Source: Candidatus Wolfebacteria bacterium GW2011_GWA1_44_24 | GTDB taxonomy: Bacteria > Patescibacteriota > Minisyncoccia > UBA6257 > UBA9933 | DNA: 64,000 nt | Direction: 5' to 3' | NCBI GenBank assembly: GCA_001001115.1 | Contig: LCIO01000002.1 | Span: 2,848 to 66,847, forward strand | Shown here: piece after piece, positions 51,611-61,587 of the stretch | Layout of the letters: each line of letters opens with the position of its first letter | Position numbering within the stretch: the stretch's first letter is position 1 | Program-made: the position numbers and the translations under genes | Notes under the pieces: model-generated | Told to the model about the DNA's origin: nothing | The model's database searches: none | Seen by the model: the letters and a program-made list of their open reading frames with translations, nothing else

Positions 51611-52066
51611 ATGAAAAAGATAGCGATTTTTTTGGTGATAATCACGGCGTTTTTTATCGGAATTTCTAACGCCGAGGCTACTAAGATGACGGTCGCAAGA
51701 TTGCCGGAACCCTTGATTGCCAATTTAATAATAGGCAAATGGAGTTTTATCGGGGAAACAAAAGAGGGAATCCTCGTAAAAGCCGTTATTGTTTTTGGAT
51801 TAGACGGGCAGGCGGAATTTTCAATTACTGCCTATAGTTTTGGTCTTCCGGTTTTAAACAGAAAGATATCCAGTCATTACAGTATCGGGGATGTAAACGG
51901 CAAATCCTATCTCTTTTTGAATCCAGGCGAAAGAGCATGGGTGACGGCGGAAATAATCAGTCTTGAGTTCGGAAGAATGAAACTCAGGGAAATAAGCAAC
52001 TCAAGCAATATCTTGGGGATTTCTTATCCGGCCTTGTGGGAAAGAATCGCGTCGCCGACGGAGTAA
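51611..52066 (+). CDS. Small secreted hypothetical protein
   Basis: 151 aa. Signal peptide MKKIAIFLVIITAFFIGISNAEA. Strong SD. The terminator hairpin includes the stop codon. Confidence 0.75.
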   Translation: MKKIAIFLVIITAFFIGISNAEATKMTVARLPEPLIANLIIGKWSFIGETKEGILVKAVIVFGLDGQAEFSITAYSFGLPVLNRKISSHYSIGDVNGKSYLFLNPGERAWVTAEIISLEFGRMKLREISNSSNILGISYPALWERIASPTE

Positions 52067-52086
52067 AATCCGTCGGTTTTTATTTT
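52055..52086 (+). terminator. Rho-independent terminator
   Basis: CCGACGGA gtaaaa TCCGTCGG ttttt. The stop codon TAA sits in the loop. Confidence 0.85.
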
Positions 52087-52091
52087 TATAT

Positions 52092-52119
52092 TTGACATTT
52101 TTTAAAAGACAAGTATAAT
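52092..52119 (+). promoter_or_regulatory. Consensus sigma70 promoter (TTGACA-16-TATAAT) for the 52181 gene
   Basis: TTGACAttttttaaaagacaagTATAAT, a ~60-nt leader, and SD GGAGGTGGGG. Confidence 0.75.
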
Positions 52120-52180
52120 ATAAACAGAATTACTTGAAATATAAATAAGAAAAAAATCCTTATATAAATGGAGGTGGGGA

Positions 52181-52693
52181 ATGAAGATAAAGATGATTTT
52201 AGCAGTTTTGATTTTAATAATGGTTTCAGGATGTTATTTGGTCCCCAGAAGCGAGATTAGGGCGGATAAATTTATCGCGCCCATCAAGATTGAAAGGGCG
52301 GCGCTTCTTGTTCAAACAACCGCTGATGCCACGGAAGAGGAAATGCAAATTCTGAGAGGATATTTAATCTCGGAATTAGAATCAATCCCCTTGGAAATAA
52401 CAAATGGGGATTATAATGATGAACAGGCGATAATTCTGGTTAATATCGCTGAAATAAAAAGAGTGGGTTTTTGGGAAAGATTTGGTGGAGGATTTACGGT
52501 TGCTCGTGCTTCTGTCAATATGAGGGTGAGCATAAACAGAGAGGGGAAAGAAATTGGAGTGTTCCATATTACCGGGGAATCTTCAAGAACCGGTCCAGGG
52601 GGAACAACACAAACTGCTTTGAAAATGGCTGCTAAGGCCATTAAAAAGCAGTTATTGGTCTTTATTGCGTCAAAAAAAGAGGCTCTTCAATAG
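52181..52693 (+). CDS. Predicted lipoprotein (hypothetical)
   Basis: 170 aa. MKIKMILAVLILIMVSG|C lipobox (VSGC). Confidence 0.75.
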   Translation: MKIKMILAVLILIMVSGCYLVPRSEIRADKFIAPIKIERAALLVQTTADATEEEMQILRGYLISELESIPLEITNGDYNDEQAIILVNIAEIKRVGFWERFGGGFTVARASVNMRVSINREGKEIGVFHITGESSRTGPGGTTQTALKMAAKAIKKQLLVFIASKKEALQ

Positions 52694-52706
52694 GCCTCTT
52701 TTTATT
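52677..52706 (+). terminator. Rho-independent terminator
   Basis: AAGAGGC tcttcaatag GCCTCTT tttattttt. Confidence 0.7.
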
Positions 52707-52756
52707 TTTATGTTTATCCACAGTTGTTATATAATTTATATGATATAATAAAAACA

Positions 52757-55066
52757 ATGAATAATTTTTTCCAAAATAAATTTTTTATAACTTTTTTAAT
52801 TTTGGCGATAGCGATTTACGGTTTTTCGACGAAAATGGCGCAAGCCAGCGGAGTTTTTAATTTTCTAACCTTTGTTTTTAGTATTGTTATTACGACGGTT
52901 CTTTGGAGTGTGGGCGTTCCAATACCGCCATTATGGTCTTTGGTTGGTATGAGTTCTCTTGGCGCGAGTATCGGCATTGGTCAAGCTATTTGTCTTCTCG
53001 GCGCTGATAACTCTTATTGGTCCGGTTGTAGCGGCGGCAACATCGGCGGCGTGGCAATTATCGCTCCCACTTTGATTCCTTCCATAGCCGGAGAATGCCG
53101 AGTGGGTTTGGTTCTACCTTCTTTTTATGAACCCTGGTCTGGGCAAAGCATTGGAACAGCAAGCGCGATAACATTGGGTTCTAAATTATTCGAACCCATC
53201 ACATACACCAACTATTTATCCAACGAAGTCAATAAACTCGGAGGAGAATATAAGGATTTGCCTTTGTCGGACGTTTCTCTCAGCGGTAATGTTTTTGCCG
53301 GTAGTTTCACTATAGAATACAATGTTTCAACTTCGACTAAAACCATTGTTCCCAAAACAATCGCGACCAATTCTTTAAAAACAATGAGCCAGTTCCGCCA
53401 GAGTTACGGCGATATTATATTAAAAGGAACATTTTCCGCGTTACAACAATCTCCAGGTCCTGGCGGCCCTCCCGGTTCTGAACAAACCTATTCTTCCACT
53501 TCCACTCCTGAGCAATTCATCAAAGACGGCAAATTCTTTTCCGCTTTTGCTTCCACAAACAGCGGTTATAAAGCAACTATTATTTCCGACATTGAAAATT
53601 GTTCAGCCGCCGGAGAATTCGATTCCAACTGCCAGCTTCTTTTCCAGCCCAAAGGCAAAACAATCCAATATCCGATAATCAACTTCGGTTCTTTTTTGGG
53701 GGACAGTCAGAGGGCCTCATATTCAAAACGGCCGACTTTCTCGGCTTTTCGGATAATTCCACCGCCGTTGGACGAATCGGAGTTTGACGCGGAATTGTAC
53801 CGGTTCGCTTTGCCCGACCCCAAAATCGCCAATCCCAATTTGACGGATAAACAGCTCAAAGATATCCTCACCGCCTGGTACTATAACGTTCCTTATCTCG
53901 GCGGCGATAAAGTTTTCAGCATAACCGCCGGCCCGGGAATTTATAATTTCAGTTTGGGTAGCCAAAATATTTTGATGAAAATCGCCACCACCACTTATCC
54001 CAATATGTCCCGTTATTGGACGCCACCCAATGACGGTCATTTCTATCGCTTTAAACAAGTAGGCGTCCCCGGCTATACCGAACCAACGGCAACTCCGGAA
54101 ATCCTTGACCGCGGCAACAACGTTGTTTATGAAAGAGTTAAAATTTCTTCCTATAAATACAAAAATGTTTGCGCTGTGGGCATTTGCAATCTGATAGACC
54201 ATGCTCCGCCGGAAGGCAAATATTTGATTTATATCGCCAAAATCAAAGGCAATTTTGGCCAAATTTATGAATATGTTTCTTTACCTTCTACGCTTATTCC
54301 AGTCGCTTCAAAATATCTCAATGTTAACAAACTCCAAAGCTCCTGGTTCTCCTGGTATTGGAATAACTGTGATGACGACGGCTGCGATTTATACAAAGGC
54401 GACAGCAACATCGCTTACGGCCCCTTGGCGCCCATTGTTTTGCCTTCCCAAGATTCCTGCGAAGTCGCGGCTGATGTCAGAATTACGGCTGTCAGTTGCG
54501 ATGCCGTTACTCTTTTGACAACGGTTCCTTTTGTGGACCAGGCCAAATTCGCCGGTTATGACGTCTACCGGGACAACAATCTCATTGCTTCCAATATCCC
54601 CATCAACCAGCCGGTTTTTGAAGACAAAGGGCTTTCCAAGAGAATGGAATATACCTACAAAGTCGTTGTCAAAACAACGGACGGCATGGCCCAAGATTTC
54701 AATCTGCCGGCTGTCAAAACAGTTTGCATTCCCGAGTGTTCCTTGTCGGCCAGTCCTAATTCTCTAGTTTATCCTTCAAGTCAAACCAAGGTTTCCTGGC
54801 AATGTCAGGAAGCGGATTCCTGCATTTTAACAAGCTCCAATTTGCCCGAGAATTATCCCACCGCTGATCAATTTTGTTCCAGTATCAACGGTTCAATCAA
54901 GGAAACTGGCTGCCAAGTCAACAATACCAGCTACGCTTCTCCTTCTTTGACTTTGGACCAAACCACCACTTTTATTCTGGCCTGTCAAAACATTGATGGC
55001 GCTTCTACCAACGCCGCCACCGTGGATTTTTTAAGGCCGAAGAGAATGGAAATAATACCGCGGTAG
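52757..55066 (+). CDS. Large membrane-associated/extracellular hypothetical protein (N-terminal TM cluster, C-terminal FN3/Ig-like modules)
   Basis: The ATG at 52757 (MNNFFQNKFFITFLILAIAIYGF...) is preceded by TGaTATAAT at 7 nt; the track start TTG 52724 is less likely. Several N-terminal hydrophobic segments. C-terminal ...AGYDVYRDNNLIASNIPINQPVFEDKGLSKRMEYTYKVVV... (FN3-like) and Cys-rich Ig-like ends. Confidence 0.75.
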   Translation: MNNFFQNKFFITFLILAIAIYGFSTKMAQASGVFNFLTFVFSIVITTVLWSVGVPIPPLWSLVGMSSLGASIGIGQAICLLGADNSYWSGCSGGNIGGVAIIAPTLIPSIAGECRVGLVLPSFYEPWSGQSIGTASAITLGSKLFEPITYTNYLSNEVNKLGGEYKDLPLSDVSLSGNVFAGSFTIEYNVSTSTKTIVPKTIATNSLKTMSQFRQSYGDIILKGTFSALQQSPGPGGPPGSEQTYSSTSTPEQFIKDGKFFSAFASTNSGYKATIISDIENCSAAGEFDSNCQLLFQPKGKTIQYPIINFGSFLGDSQRASYSKRPTFSAFRIIPPPLDESEFDAELYRFALPDPKIANPNLTDKQLKDILTAWYYNVPYLGGDKVFSITAGPGIYNFSLGSQNILMKIATTTYPNMSRYWTPPNDGHFYRFKQVGVPGYTEPTATPEILDRGNNVVYERVKISSYKYKNVCAVGICNLIDHAPPEGKYLIYIAKIKGNFGQIYEYVSLPSTLIPVASKYLNVNKLQSSWFSWYWNNCDDDGCDLYKGDSNIAYGPLAPIVLPSQDSCEVAADVRITAVSCDAVTLLTTVPFVDQAKFAGYDVYRDNNLIASNIPINQPVFEDKGLSKRMEYTYKVVVKTTDGMAQDFNLPAVKTVCIPECSLSASPNSLVYPSSQTKVSWQCQEADSCILTSSNLPENYPTADQFCSSINGSIKETGCQVNNTSYASPSLTLDQTTTFILACQNIDGASTNAATVDFLRPKRMEIIPR

Positions 55067-55109
55067 GAAAATTGAAAGGTCGCAATAATTTCAATATAGT
55101 TTTATAAAA

Positions 55110-55382
55110 ATGAACGGAGAATCAAATCAATTTAAGAAATGGTTTTGGGTCGGAATGGCAATGGGATTTTTCAATCTCGCGGCCGGTTTGGTTTACGGCA
55201 TTGTTTTGGCCTTGGAAAAAGAACATCGCCAAGAAGGCTTGATTATAATCGGTTGGACGATTGCTTGGACTTTAATCGGTTTCTTTTTAATCGGTCCTTG
55301 GCTGGTTAAATCGGGATATATGCCGAGATTTCAGATGATTAACAGAGAAGAAATGATGGGGGGAGGAATGATGGGATATTAA
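55110..55382 (+). CDS. Small 3-TM membrane protein with Met/Gly-rich tail
   Basis: 90 aa. WFWVGMAMGFFNLAAGLVYGIVLAL, LIIIGWTIAWTLIGFFLIGPWLV, and the tail EEMMGGGMMGY. Confidence 0.55.
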   Translation: MNGESNQFKKWFWVGMAMGFFNLAAGLVYGIVLALEKEHRQEGLIIIGWTIAWTLIGFFLIGPWLVKSGYMPRFQMINREEMMGGGMMGY

Positions 55383-55387
55383 TTTAG

Positions 55388-55759
55388 ATGACTATGGGCA
55401 ATAAAGGGCAGGCGATGCTTTTGGCCGTTTTGCTTATTGGCAGCGGTATTTTGACGATGACCGCTGTTTCCGGCTATTTAACTTTGCAGAGAGTCAGAAT
55501 GTCTTCGGACACCGTTAATTCCACAAAAGCGGTTTTTGCCGCTGACGCCGGAATTGAATGCGAGCTTTTTAATTATTTTAAAAGAGCGAGCGTTAATTGC
55601 GGAAAACTGTTTTTTGAAGACAATAAAGTAAGCATAAAAACATCCATTGTCGTTGATGCCAGCAGCACTCCCCGATATATTAAATCCATTGGTTCGGCCA
55701 GCAGAGCTTATCGGGCTTTTATGATGGGTTTTGGGGGAGCTACCTCAACTTTACCTTAA
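55388..55759 (+). CDS. PilX-like minor pilin / pilus assembly protein (putative)
   Basis: 123 aa. N-terminus NKG|QAMLLAVLLIGSGILTMTAVSGYL followed by ...AVFAADAGIECELF..., as in PilX N-terminal domains (inference). Confidence 0.5.
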   Translation: MTMGNKGQAMLLAVLLIGSGILTMTAVSGYLTLQRVRMSSDTVNSTKAVFAADAGIECELFNYFKRASVNCGKLFFEDNKVSIKTSIVVDASSTPRYIKSIGSASRAYRAFMMGFGGATSTLP

Positions 55760-55771
55760 TTTTTCGGTTAA

Positions 55772-57829
<2,058 letters not shown>

Positions 57830-57837
57830 TTTTAGCG

Positions 57838-57846
57838 TGATATAAT
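57838..57846 (+). promoter_or_regulatory. Extended -10 element (TGaTATAAT) 8 nt upstream of the trpS ATG
   Basis: gcgTGaTATAAT ttaaaatc ATG (57855). No SD. Confidence 0.5.
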
Positions 57847-57854
57847 TTAAAATC

Positions 57855-58841
57855 ATGAAAAGAGTTTTTTCGGGGGTGGCGCCAAGCGGTAATCTTCATA
57901 TTGGAAATTATTTGGGAGCTATCAGTCAGTGGCTGGAATTGCAAAAACATCATAATTGCGTTTTTTCCGTGGCTGATTATCACGCGATGACGATTTTTCA
58001 ACCAGCGGAAAAATTGCGCGAAAAAATTTTGGAAATCGCGATGATTTATCTGGCCGCCGGCATTGACCCGAAAAAATCCGTTATTTTTATCCAATCCGAC
58101 GTGTTGGAACACGCGGAATTAACCTGGATTTTGAATACTATCACTAAAATTCCGGAGTTGGAATTGATGACTCAATTCAAAGATAAAGCCAGAAGATTCA
58201 GAAATAAAGTCAATGTCGGGCTGTTTGATTATCCGGTTTTAATGGCGGCCGATATTTTGCTTTATAAAGCAGATTTTGTGCCGGTGGGAGAAGACCAAAA
58301 ACAGCACTTGGAATTTACAAGAACCATTGCTAGAAGATTTAACGGTTTATATGGCGAAACCTTTATTGTTCCGGAAGCGCTTATTATGAAAGAAAGCGCT
58401 AAAATTATGGGGCTTGACGATCCAAATAAGAAAATGTCTAAAAGCGCGGAAAATCCGCATAACTATCTCGGATTAACCGATGAGCCGGCGTTGATTAAAG
58501 AAAAAATAAAAAGGGCGGTTACCGATTCCGGAGATGGAATAATTTATGATAAAGAAAAGAAGCCGGGAATTTTCAATCTTTTGACGATTTATTCTTTACT
58601 CTCTGGAAAATCGATTCAAAAATTGGAAAAAGAGTATAAAAATAAAAACTACGGAGAATTTAAAAAAGATTTGGCAGATGTTGTGATCGGTTTTCTTTCG
58701 CCTTTCCAGAAAAAATTTGAAAAATTAGGAAAGAACAAAAATCATGTCAGGAGGATTTTAGCCGACGGTTCAAAAAAAGCTCGCTTGATTGCCCAAAAAA
58801 ATATAAAAGAAATTAAAAATAAAGTCGGATTAAATTATTAA
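57855..58841 (+). CDS. trpS: Tryptophan--tRNA ligase
   Basis: 328 aa. SGVAPSGNLHIGNYLGA (HIGH) and KMSKS (KKMSKSAENP). Confidence 0.95.
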   Translation: MKRVFSGVAPSGNLHIGNYLGAISQWLELQKHHNCVFSVADYHAMTIFQPAEKLREKILEIAMIYLAAGIDPKKSVIFIQSDVLEHAELTWILNTITKIPELELMTQFKDKARRFRNKVNVGLFDYPVLMAADILLYKADFVPVGEDQKQHLEFTRTIARRFNGLYGETFIVPEALIMKESAKIMGLDDPNKKMSKSAENPHNYLGLTDEPALIKEKIKRAVTDSGDGIIYDKEKKPGIFNLLTIYSLLSGKSIQKLEKEYKNKNYGEFKKDLADVVIGFLSPFQKKFEKLGKNKNHVRRILADGSKKARLIAQKNIKEIKNKVGLNY

Positions 58842-58855
58842 AGAAAACTAATTCA

Positions 58856-59257
58856 ATGACTCGCAAAATAATCAAATTTTTTGATAAATTAGAGGATAAA
58901 ATAAGGACAAAATTAAGCCACTGGCCCATAATTTACGCTCTTGTCGGCGGTGTTGGAATTGTGCTTTTTTGGCGGGGGGTCTGGCACACGGCCGATTTGT
59001 TTCCCTTCCTGAACGGACCGGTTTCGATTTTAATAAGTCTTATTTTGCTTTTATTAACCGGCCTTTTTGTCTCGTTTTTTATCGGCCACTACATTATTTT
59101 TTCCGGTCTTAAGCAGGAGAAAAAAATCGAAGAAAGAGAAGAAATGGAAATCGAAACTGAATTAGATTTGCAGCGGGCCCAGATGAATGTTTTGATTGAA
59201 ATTAAAAACAAACTTGAAAAAATCGAGAAAAAAATAAATGAAAAAGATAATAAATAA
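58856..59257 (+). CDS. Hypothetical 2-TM membrane protein with C-terminal coiled coil
   Basis: 133 aa. WPIIYALVGGVGIVLFWRGVW and VSILISLILLLLTGLFVSFFIG, with an E/K-rich tail. Overlaps gatC by 20 nt. Confidence 0.6.
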   Translation: MTRKIIKFFDKLEDKIRTKLSHWPIIYALVGGVGIVLFWRGVWHTADLFPFLNGPVSILISLILLLLTGLFVSFFIGHYIIFSGLKQEKKIEEREEMEIETELDLQRAQMNVLIEIKNKLEKIEKKINEKDNK

Positions 59258-59540
59258 AGAAATTTTGGAATATCTGGCGGAATTGGCGAGGATTGAATTG
59301 GACGAGAAAAAAGAGAAAAAAATGATTAAAGATTTGGAGGAGATTTTGGACTATTTTGAGGAAATAAAAAATGTGGATACAAGCAAAATCGCTTCGGCAT
59401 TAAGCGGCGCGGAGACGGTCAATGTGATTCGCAAAGATGAAACTTTGAATAAAGATTTGTGCGAGAAACGGGAGAAATTAACAAGCGTTTTTCCGGAAAA
59501 AGAAAACGGATTTTTGAAAGTGCCGGGAGTGTTTGAATAA
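59238..59540 (+). CDS. gatC: Asp/Glu-tRNA amidotransferase subunit C
   Basis: 100 aa. ...LEYLAELARIELDEKKEKKMIKDLEEILDYFEEIKNVD.... Immediately upstream of gatA. Confidence 0.88.
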   Translation: MKKIINKEILEYLAELARIELDEKKEKKMIKDLEEILDYFEEIKNVDTSKIASALSGAETVNVIRKDETLNKDLCEKREKLTSVFPEKENGFLKVPGVFE

Positions 59541-60977
59541 ATGGATTTGAATAATCTTACAATTAAAAAGTTTCACAAAGGTCTCTTGGGAAAACAATTC
59601 TCCGCTTTTGAAATCGCAAAAGCGTTTTTTGATTACATTGAAGAAAAAGATTCTGAAATCGGCGCTTACTTGCAGCTGACAAAAGATTTGGCATTGTTGC
59701 GGGCGAACAAAGTCGATATTGAATTGGCCGAAGGGAAAAAAATGGAAATTTTAACCGGCGTTCCGTTGGCGATAAAAGACAATATTTTAATTGAAAATGA
59801 GCCGGCAACCGCGGCTTCCAAAATTTTGGCCAATTACCGGGCAAGTTACGACGCCATTGTAATCAAGAAATTAAAAAAAAACAACGCGGTTTTTTTGGGC
59901 AAAACCAATTTAGACGAGTTTGCTATGGGCTCTTCAACGGAAAATTCCGCTTTCAAAATCACCAGAAATCCGATTGATTTAGAACGAGTTCCGGGCGGTT
60001 CTTCGGGCGGGTCGGCGGCGGCGGTGGCCGCCGATATGGCGGTGGCGGCTTTGGGTTCGGATACTGGTGGTTCAATCAGACAGCCGGCAAGTTTTTGCGG
60101 TGTAGTCGGATTAAAACCCACTTACGGCGCGGTGTCCCGCTTTGGTTTGATTGCCATGGCTTCAAGTTTGGACCAAATCGGCCCAATCGCCAAAACAGTT
60201 GAAGACGCGGCGATTTTATTCAAAGAAATCAGCGGCCGAGACAAACTCGATTCAACGAGCCGGGATATAGAATACGGCGACGAGCTTTTGAATCCCAAAT
60301 TGGAAAATGTCAGAAAATTGAGAATCGGCATTCCAAAAGAATACTTTATTGAAGGATTGGATAAACAAGTTTCGGAAGCGATTAATCTGGCGATTGATTC
60401 TTTAAAATCTTTGAAAATAGAGTTTAAGGAAATAAGTTTGCCCCACACGAAACACGCGTTATCCTGCTATTATATTATTATGCCCGCCGAAGTAAGCGCC
60501 AATCTTGCGCGCTTTGACGGCATCAGATACGGTCAGACGTCGGATGTTAATGGTAAAATGTCATTAAAAGATATTTATTTGAAAACCAGGGGAGAAGGTT
60601 TTGGAGAAGAAGTAAAACGCCGAATCATTTTGGGAACTTTTGTTTTGTCGAGCGGCTACTACGACGCTTATTACGCCAAAGCGCAGAAAGTGCGGCAATT
60701 GATAAAACAGGATTTCGATGAAGCCTTTGCGGAGATAGACGTCATTTTGACTCCGGTTTCGCCGACAGCGGCATTCAAAATCGGCGAAAAAATCGACGAC
60801 CCTCTGAAAATGTATTTGGGCGATATTTTTACTATTCCGGCGAATTTGGCGGATTTACCGGCTGTTTCAATTCCGGTTAAAAAAACCGGCGGATTGCCAA
60901 TCGGTTTCCAGCTGATCGGCAAGCCGTTCCGCGAAGCCGATATTTTGGGAATCGGGCAATTTTACGAAAAATTATGA
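59541..60977 (+). CDS. gatA: Asp/Glu-tRNA amidotransferase subunit A (amidase signature)
   Basis: 478 aa. GVPLAIKDNI and GGSSGGSAAAVAA...GSDTGGSIRQPASFCG (amidase signature). Confidence 0.95.
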   Translation: MDLNNLTIKKFHKGLLGKQFSAFEIAKAFFDYIEEKDSEIGAYLQLTKDLALLRANKVDIELAEGKKMEILTGVPLAIKDNILIENEPATAASKILANYRASYDAIVIKKLKKNNAVFLGKTNLDEFAMGSSTENSAFKITRNPIDLERVPGGSSGGSAAAVAADMAVAALGSDTGGSIRQPASFCGVVGLKPTYGAVSRFGLIAMASSLDQIGPIAKTVEDAAILFKEISGRDKLDSTSRDIEYGDELLNPKLENVRKLRIGIPKEYFIEGLDKQVSEAINLAIDSLKSLKIEFKEISLPHTKHALSCYYIIMPAEVSANLARFDGIRYGQTSDVNGKMSLKDIYLKTRGEGFGEEVKRRIILGTFVLSSGYYDAYYAKAQKVRQLIKQDFDEAFAEIDVILTPVSPTAAFKIGEKIDDPLKMYLGDIFTIPANLADLPAVSIPVKKTGGLPIGFQLIGKPFREADILGIGQFYEKL

Positions 60978-61471
60978 TTAGAATAATTTTTTATTGGATT
61001 AAAGAAAATCTATTGCTCCTTGAAATCGTTTCGCTGATTATCTCGGGGATTCTGCTTTGGCTGACTGTTTTTCTGATTTTAAAAACTCAATTTATCAGAG
61101 AAAAAACTCATTATTTTTTTGATGTTATCGGGGAAAAAAATCTTACGCGGCGGCGTTCTTTGAAGGCTTGGAAGCAAATTCAAAAAAGACTCGAGGCCAA
61201 TGACGAATCTAATTTGAAATTGGCGATTATCGAGGCCGATAAAATTCTGGATGAGATTTTGAAAATGAGCGGTTATCGGGGCGACACGATGGCCGACAGG
61301 TTAAAACAAATTAATCCAAGCCAACTTTCGAACATAGAAGAAATCTGGCAGGCTCACAAAATAAGAAATCGAATAGTTCACGAACCGGATTTCCATATTC
61401 CCCGGGGTGAAGCCTGGATGGTTGTTGAAATTTATAAAAAAGCTTTGCAGCAATTCGGGTTGATTGATTAA
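60974..61471 (+). CDS. Membrane-anchored hypothetical protein with DUF4145/HEPN-like C-terminal helical domain (putative)
   Basis: 165 aa. N-terminal TM LLLLEIVSLIISGILLWLTVFLIL. The C-terminus ...AIIEADKILDEILKMSG...IWQAHKIRNRIVHEP... contains an R-x4-H motif (RNRIVH). Confidence 0.55.
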   Translation: MIRIIFYWIKENLLLLEIVSLIISGILLWLTVFLILKTQFIREKTHYFFDVIGEKNLTRRRSLKAWKQIQKRLEANDESNLKLAIIEADKILDEILKMSGYRGDTMADRLKQINPSQLSNIEEIWQAHKIRNRIVHEPDFHIPRGEAWMVVEIYKKALQQFGLID

Positions 61472-61479
61472 CGAAAATC

Positions 61480-61557
61480 TGGCGGACCCGACCGGATTTG
61501 AACCGGCGATCTTCTCCGTGACAGGGAGACGTGTTAACCGGGCTACACTACGGGTCC
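61480..61557 (-). tRNA. tRNA-Asp (anticodon GUC), CCA encoded
   Basis: The minus strand reads GGACCCGTAGTGTAGCCCGGTTAACACGTCTCCCTGTCACGGAGAAGATCGCCGGTTCAAATCCGGTCGGGTCCGCCA. Anticodon stem TCTCC/GGAGA, loop CTGTCAC. Confidence 0.93.
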
Positions 61558-61587
61558 AATAATTTTGTATTATAATCGAAAAAATAT

